Below, one piece after another: positions 57,882 through 64,000 of a stretch of 64,000 bases of DNA. Within the stretch, counting starts at the first letter, position 1. Each line of letters begins with the position of its first letter. The notes below the pieces were generated by a model that saw only the letters and a list, made by a program, of their open reading frames with translations, was not told the origin of the DNA and did not search any database. The stretch covers positions 1 through 64,000 of the forward strand of contig CDMY01000308.1 in assembly GCA_001179505.1 (NCBI GenBank). Reading direction: 5' to 3'. A program made the position numbers and the translations under genes. This DNA is from Vitrella brassicaformis CCMP3155 (taxonomy: Eukaryota > Protista > Chromerida).

Positions 57882-60800
57882 TTAGTCGATTGGGTGGTGC
57901 TGCTTGAGGCCTTCGAAGTCATAGAGGGACTGCAGGTCGAGGCCATTGCACCCCTGCACGCACACACACACACACACCACATCAATATGCGTGTGCGTCA
58001 CCCACCGCCTGGCGCCCAGCCACCTGTATGTCTTCGAGTTTCTTCATGAAGGCCTGGCACACGTCGGGCGCCATGGCGATCTCACCCAGCATCAGAAACT
58101 GACACAGACACGCAACCGGCAGGTGTGTGTGTCTGTGTGGATGCGCCGCTCTCTCTCTCTCTCTGTGTATGTGTGTGTGTGTGTGTTGGCCTGCCTTGTG
58201 CTGGAGAATTCTGCTGAGGTCCGCCGAGCTATTTCGCGCGTGGCCGCTCGGAAACATCACCAAACCTGCACACAGACGCAGCCGCAGACAAGAGTGTGTC
58301 GACGTCTGTGTGTGTGCGTCAGGGTGCATACCGCTTGAGAGTTTGTCGTCTTGGTGGTGGATGTCGATTGACGTGGGTATGCCCTCGGGGTACTTGCTGT
58401 CGTACTCAGCGCCGCCGTGCTCGAAGACGATCTTGCTCATCAGCGACCTGCAGGCATCGCGCACAAATGCAGCTATTGGTTTTCTCTCTGTTTGTCTGTG
58501 AGTGTGTTGTGTGCGCCGTGCCCTGCCTGGTTTTGTTATGTGTGATGGCGTCTTTGCCGTAGTCATAAGGGCTCAGCATCAGAGAGCACCACGCCTGGAC
58601 TCACACACATGACAGAAGGACACACACGTGCATCCCAACACGCATCGCATGGGCTGGCGCGGCGCACCTCGTCCATGCTGGTCGGCAGGCTGCCTTTCTC
58701 GATGGCCTTGCGCAGCATCGTCGACACGATGTACACCTGCACACACACACATGTGGCGGCCTGTGCGTCTAATTGCAACACCCACCCCCCCCCACCCCCC
58801 CCACACACACAGACCATTGAGTGGTCGGCCGACTGCCTTGTGCGGGGGTCTCGCTTGGCGGGGTCGCCTATGATGCCGAAGGCGGGCTCGTAGCTAAACC
58901 ACAGCCACGCCCATACACACCCCCACCCACACACACAGATACACGCAGCCATGTGTGTGCCTTGCATGTTTGAGCTCCTCACGCGACGATTTTGATCTGT
59001 TTGATGGCCTCTGGGTTCTTGAGGATGGCGGGGTTGCTCACAAGCGACCGAATGAGACCCTACACACACGCATGGCACACAACAGACGTGTGTATGTGTA
59101 TGCGTATGCGCGTGTGTGCGTTAGTGCCTCTAGTGCGCCGGCCGATTGGTGCTCGTAAAGGCCGAGCTTGAAGTGCATCCCCATGACGGCAAAGTCATCA
59201 CCTGAACCCACCAGCACAACAAACGCGTACCTGTGTGTGTCTCTCTCTGTGGGTCGTTTCTCATAGACGGACCGCTGTGCGAGAGAATGAGGTTGAACGG
59301 CGAGTGGCCGTCGGGCTGCGGCTCAAACTACACACACGTCACACACACAAACACACATACAGGGGATGGGCTGAGCTCATGTGTGTGGACATCGGTACCC
59401 GCCACTCCCACCCATCTGAAGATGGCCTCAGGGTTGCGGAAGATGTCCTTGGGGCCGATGAAACCCTTCATCGCTGCACCCACACACACGCGAATGGTAT
59501 CCCCATGCCGCTGCAGAGTGTGTGTGCACCGACCTCTCTTCATTGAGAGGACTGCCGCCTCAGTCGAGATGGCGGCACTCGCGCCCTTAGAGTCGCTGAG
59601 ACACGGGGAGGTCTCTCTCAGAATCGCTGTCTCTGTCTGTGTCTGCGTGTGTGTGTGTGTGTACCTGAGCTGTTTGCCCGCCCGTATGGCGCGCCAGGGG
59701 ATGTAGTGCGCCACAGTCATGCCGATGGCCGACTCGATCTGCTCGGCCGACGCACCTGCACACACTCGCACACACACAGGCAGAGTGAGAGAGACACCGC
59801 TCACAGAATCGTGTTGTGTGTACCGACCGAGCATTGCGCCGTAGACGGCTGCCGACGCAATGGCGCCGTGGACGACGTGGTCAATCTTGTAGGTCTTGAG
59901 GCTGAACACCTGAACACACACACACACACATATGCACACACACAATGTGCCAGCCACAGGCGTCCACCCCGCACCCACCCGACGCCACGCCGCTTGCATA
60001 CCTCTGCAAGTCTGCCGCGTATCTCATCGAGGCATATCATGGCACGCAGCGCCTGCCTGCACACACCAACATAAACACGTGGACATGTCTGTGTGTGTGG
60101 ATGGATGGATGGATGGATGGATGGTCTGCTCACTTGCCGTCGATCTGGGGGTTCATCTGCGCCGCGGCAATCACCACGGGGTAGAAGTCGTTGTGGCCGA
60201 ACTCGCCCGCCTGACACACACGCACAACTATCTGCCCATGTCATGTTGCTATCGTGTCTGTCAGTCCACCTGGTGGCCTTTGATCTTCTCGTTATAGCCG
60301 AAGACGGTGCCATTGGAGTCCCACTCGCGAACCGCAGAGCTGTTGGCCGCTATTGCCTGACGGAAATGATGCAGGAAGGAGTGGAATAGAACGGAATCAC
60401 TCACCACATGGACACACACACGCACCTTTTCTGGCGCGCATCGGACAGAGCTGCCGAACACACACGCCCCCTTGCTGATCGACCAGACACAGACACATCA
60501 GTCGCACCGATAGACAGACCCACATAGGGAATGGTGGATGCCCCAGAGCTCGGGCAGGGGGGGATTTCGCACCTGCTTCTGTACTCGTTGAGGGCCTCTT
60601 CCCTCAGCAATGTCGGCGCGTTGGTCTTCAGCGCCAAAGCCGACACTGCACACACACACACCACACACCACACACACTCTCCCTCTCTGTGGATGTGGTG
60701 TGTGTTTGTCTAAGTGTGGATGGGCTGAGTGCACACCGCACCTCCGCACATAACGCTGTCTGTGTGGAAGAGCTTCACGCGGTCGTACACCGACGGCGAT

Positions 60801-61203
60801 ATGTGATCGCCATACCTCAACAAACCACACCACCACACACACAGACAGACACGCTCTCAAATCAGAACACACATGCATCCGGCTCTTACTTGCCGCCGAT
60901 GACGTCAATGGCGTACTGCCCAATGCCCAAGGCCTGGTTGCTGTCCCGCGGCAGAAACACCGACGTCGCATTGCCGCCGCCTGGAGATGAAGTCGACATC
61001 AGCCGCACCTGTGCAGACACCAGGGAATCATCTGCGCGCATTCTGCCTTTCTTTGCTGCCTGTGCTGCTGCTGCTACTGCTGCTACTGCTTGCAGATAGA
61101 CCAGATCTGATGATCAGACGTTGCTTACACTGACGTAACAGCCTCTCTGCAGCAGCCCGGCGCTCCTCACAAACGAAGATCTCACAAGCAGCAACCGGCT
61201 CAT
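57882..61203 (-). CDS. prpD: 2-methylcitrate dehydratase (MmgE/PrpD family) with mitochondrial presequence
   Basis: Many small exons: MSRLLLVRSSFVRSAGLLQRGCYVS|VRLMSTSS (Arg/Ser/Leu-rich, no acidic residues), NSSAVREWDSNGTVFG, AGEFGHNDFYP, FSLKTYKIDHVVHGAI, WRAIRAGKQL|SDSKGAS, HFKLGLYEHQSAGA, DPRTRQSADHSM, YPEGIPTS, FPSGHARN. Stop TAA at 57882-57884. Confidence 0.88.
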
Positions 61204-61554
61204 CGAGCACAAGACGCTCACTCGCCCACCTGAAAAAGGCTCAGACTAGTCGTCGATCTGCACATCTGCGAGCTAATCTCGCAGCTCGCAAAGGAAACGA
61301 ATGAAGCAGGCGGTCGTCTGGTGTGCTGGCGAGCGTCTGAGTGAGTGAATCTTCTCACAAGAAGCAGCGGCGAGCACATCTGCCTCTGCTCGCGACAGAG
61401 TCCGCCCAGCAGTCCCTCGCGTCACAAGCAGCCGAGCAGCGGCAAGCAGGCGGCGGGGAGCGACAAGCAACCAAGCAACACAGCCGGCGAGAGGTGTCGG
61501 CAGGACGATCGGCTGGTGTGAGTCAGTGGCTGAGTGATTGAGTGAGTGGTGATC
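61204..61554. promoter_or_regulatory. Probable bidirectional promoter between prpD and ATXN2
   Basis: Divergent start codons 350 bp apart. No specific cis-element identified. Confidence 0.4.
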
Positions 61555-64000
61555 ATGCCGAAGGCTCAGAGCGAGGCCAAGGTGCCTCCCACGCGGAGAT
61601 CGGAGGACCTCAACAAGGAGAGATTCACGTTCGTCATGTGCAGCCTTGTGGTGGGATGCCGCACACACCGCTGGCAGGGCGAGACAGACTCTTACCCCTC
61701 CCTCTCTCTCTCTCTGTCTGTGTGTGTGTGTGTTTGTGTGCTTGTGTGATCCATCAGGGTCACCGTGTGCAGGTGCAGATGAAGAGCAACACGGTGATTG
61801 AGGGCATCTTTGTGTCCTGCAACCCCCAAAGCGCCAGCGAGAAGGTGGGAGGGAGGCAGCCCTGGTTGGTGCACACTGTGGGAGTGTAGGACTTCACCCT
61901 TCACCCATGCTCGCCGTGTGTCCGCGTGTGTGGGGGCTGTGGTTGGCTCGCAGGAGTTTGGGATCCACCTTGAGCAGGCGCGGGAGCTGCCCTCTGCTGT
62001 AAGCCAACAGGACCACGCGTGATCAGACATATGAGCAAATGGTCAACCCCCCCTCTCTCCCTCTGTGTGTGTCTGTGCACAGCACCGTCCCAGCAGCGAC
62101 ATATTTCCCGAGGTCATGATTCCGGGAAAGGACTTCGTCGCGCTCACGGGTACCCATCCACGCCCACGCGCACAGATGTGTGTCTGTGGTTGTGACGCCT
62201 GGCACAAACAATCAACGTGTGTGGTGTGGTGCATGCAGCCCATGACGTCCCGACGACCTTCAGCGACCACGAGGCCAAGAAGAAAAAGATCGAGGGGTTC
62301 CTGACCGACACCGAAATCAGAGAGAGAAAGGGCAAACCGGGCGTCCACCGAGAGCTGGTCCCCTGGACAGCAGGTGCGAATCGGCCGGACTCGCACACAC
62401 CTGTTGTGTCTTCTGTTCTGTGATGTCGTGTCCATGAGAGTGTGTGTGGGGTATGGTGATGGAATGGGTGCAGACGGGGACCATGCGCCGCCGCACGCCA
62501 AGCATGGCGTCTCCCTCACTCTTGAGGACGTGTAGGCATCCACCCACACATCCACAATGCTGGTATCTGGTGTGTACGAGTGTGGCATATGTGTGTGTGT
62601 GTGTGTGTGTGTGGCGGCGGGGGCTGCAGGAACCCCGTGCGCGCGGGCGAGCGGTGGGACCAGTTCACCGCCAACGAGAGGCTCTATGGCGTAAAGACCA
62701 GTTTCAAAGAAGAGTACGGAAGCAGTAGTGAGAGGGCAAGACCCTCTCTCACACACACGCACGCACACTCGTGTGTGCGTCGTTCGTATGTGTAGGCTCT
62801 ACACCACCAAGCTGGACCTCCGGGAGGTGCCCGAGGAGGTGCAGAAGAAAGCCGAACTCCTCGCCAGAGAAATCGAAACCGTACGCTCTCTCCCTCTCTC
62901 TCTCTCTCCCGACTCACGCACCCTCACACACACACATCCACACGCACGTGTGCCTGCAATCGACTCCATGCTTGCATGCAGGGCGGCAACACCACGGCCG
63001 ACCCCGAGCGCGCCGTCGAGGGTATTGACGACGAAGAACTCCAATTCTCTGCCGTCGCCGGTCAGTTGTGTGAACCACACGAACCACACAACACCCTCCC
63101 CCCCTCTCCACACGCACACACACACTGACACTGACACATCCATCCCTTCACACACAGGTACGGGTGGCTACGCGACGGATGCGTCTGGCAATCCCCGCGG
63201 CCCGCGTGGCCGCGGCCAGCCGCCTGGCGAGAGGGGGGCGCTGGGCATGGGGCGGGGCGAGCCGAGGGGAAGGGGCAAGGTGAGTTGAGTGGATGGATGG
63301 ATGGATGTGGTGTGTGTGGTGTGTGTGGCTGGATCCATCCGTCCGTCAGGCTGGTGCGAAGGCCAACGGGCCAGCAAGGGGAATGTCGGGGCCTGCAGGT
63401 GATCACAACACACGCCGCTGTCACTGTGTACGTGTACGCCTTACCTGTGTGTGTGTGTGTGTGTGTGTGTAGATGCGGCGGCGCTTGAGCGTGCTGCCAG
63501 GGAGGAGGAAGAGCGCGCAGCCGCTGCCAGACGGGGTACTAAGATACCAACACCACTACCCACACAAGCAATCACACCGTGTTTTGTGCTTTGGCCTGTG
63601 TCTTCCTGTGTGTGCAGGGGAGTCTGAGGCTTTGCAGGGCGGGGTGCAGCCTGATTTCACTGGTATGCGCGACGACACCCATCCATCCATTCATTCGTCC
63701 ACAGAATCCTTTTGTGGACCTGTGTGTGGCTGTGCGTGTGTCCATGTGTGTGTGTGTGTGTCATCAGGGAGCTACCGCAAGGCCCGCGGTATGCTGGTGG
63801 CCAGCCCCAACAGAGCACCCATCGGCACCGGAGAGATGAAGGTACCCACCCACACATAGCAGAGAGACATGTGTGTGTGAGTGTCTGTGTGTGTCGGTGG
63901 CGCAGGGCATCAACGCGTTGAATTTGGAGCCCGCGCTGCCCAAGCTGGATGACATCACACGGAACGAGTGGATTCAGTTCAAGCAGAACCAGACCAGGGT
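61555..64000 (+). CDS. ATXN2: Ataxin-2/Pbp1 family protein (SM-ATX + LsmAD), 3'-truncated by the window edge
   Basis: Lsm-like domain ERFTFVMCSLV|GHRVQVQMKSNTVIEGIF, GFLTDTEI...RELVPW, and LsmAD WDQFTANERLYGVKTSFKEE|YTTKLD...AELLAREIE...DEELQFSAV. Confidence 0.9.

Larger units (their letters stand above)
1..64000. repeat. Intronic and intergenic microsatellites (GT/CA)n, (GA)n, (GACA)n, (GGAT)n throughout the window
   Basis: Seen directly in most introns, often just upstream of 3' splice sites. Sparse in ~32.0-33.3 kb and ~46.4-51.5 kb. Confidence 0.95.

Noticed and set aside
1-64000. Prokaryotic operon, prophage or defence-island reading; tRNA and rRNA genes
   Set aside because: Genes are interrupted by spliceosomal introns and include eIF6 and ataxin-2. 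No cloverleaf or rRNA-like sequence was recognised by eye; tRNAscan-SE and Infernal would confirm.

Overview
This is a eukaryotic, GC-rich, very intron-dense scaffold segment. Most introns are short, GT-AG, and carry (GT/CA)n, (GACA)n or (GGAT)n microsatellites. There are two 300-N assembly gaps. Intron style and gene families point to a chromerid alveolate, most likely Vitrella brassicaformis (inference; no database check). Most ORF-track entries are exon fragments or antisense shadows, so genes were rebuilt by hand-splicing. About 20 genes or pseudogenes are supported. Housekeeping: eIF6, mitochondrion-targeted PrpD, ataxin-2/Pbp1, a nitroreductase and an SSS (SLC5) transporter. Carbohydrate-active: a bacterial-type GH31, a circularly permuted Fibrobacter-type GH16 and two CBM20 proteins. 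Lineage-expanded families: two ankyrin-repeat paralogues and two F-box-like families, with pseudogenes. Also present is a large LRR/Cys-rich/multi-TM receptor-like gene set head-to-head with a secreted protein gene. The most unusual items are (i) an in-frame spliced CBM20 + F-box-like fusion, (ii) a secreted protein with a phage-tail-fibre-like peptidase S74 chaperone-type C-terminus, (iii) a Crinkler-like protein with a myristoylation motif and a PD-(D/E)xK nuclease-like domain, (iv) the permuted GH16, and (v) a mosaic of captured gene fragments between inverted repeats. No rRNA, tRNA or CRISPR array was found. All domain calls come from reading motifs by eye and need HMM confirmation.
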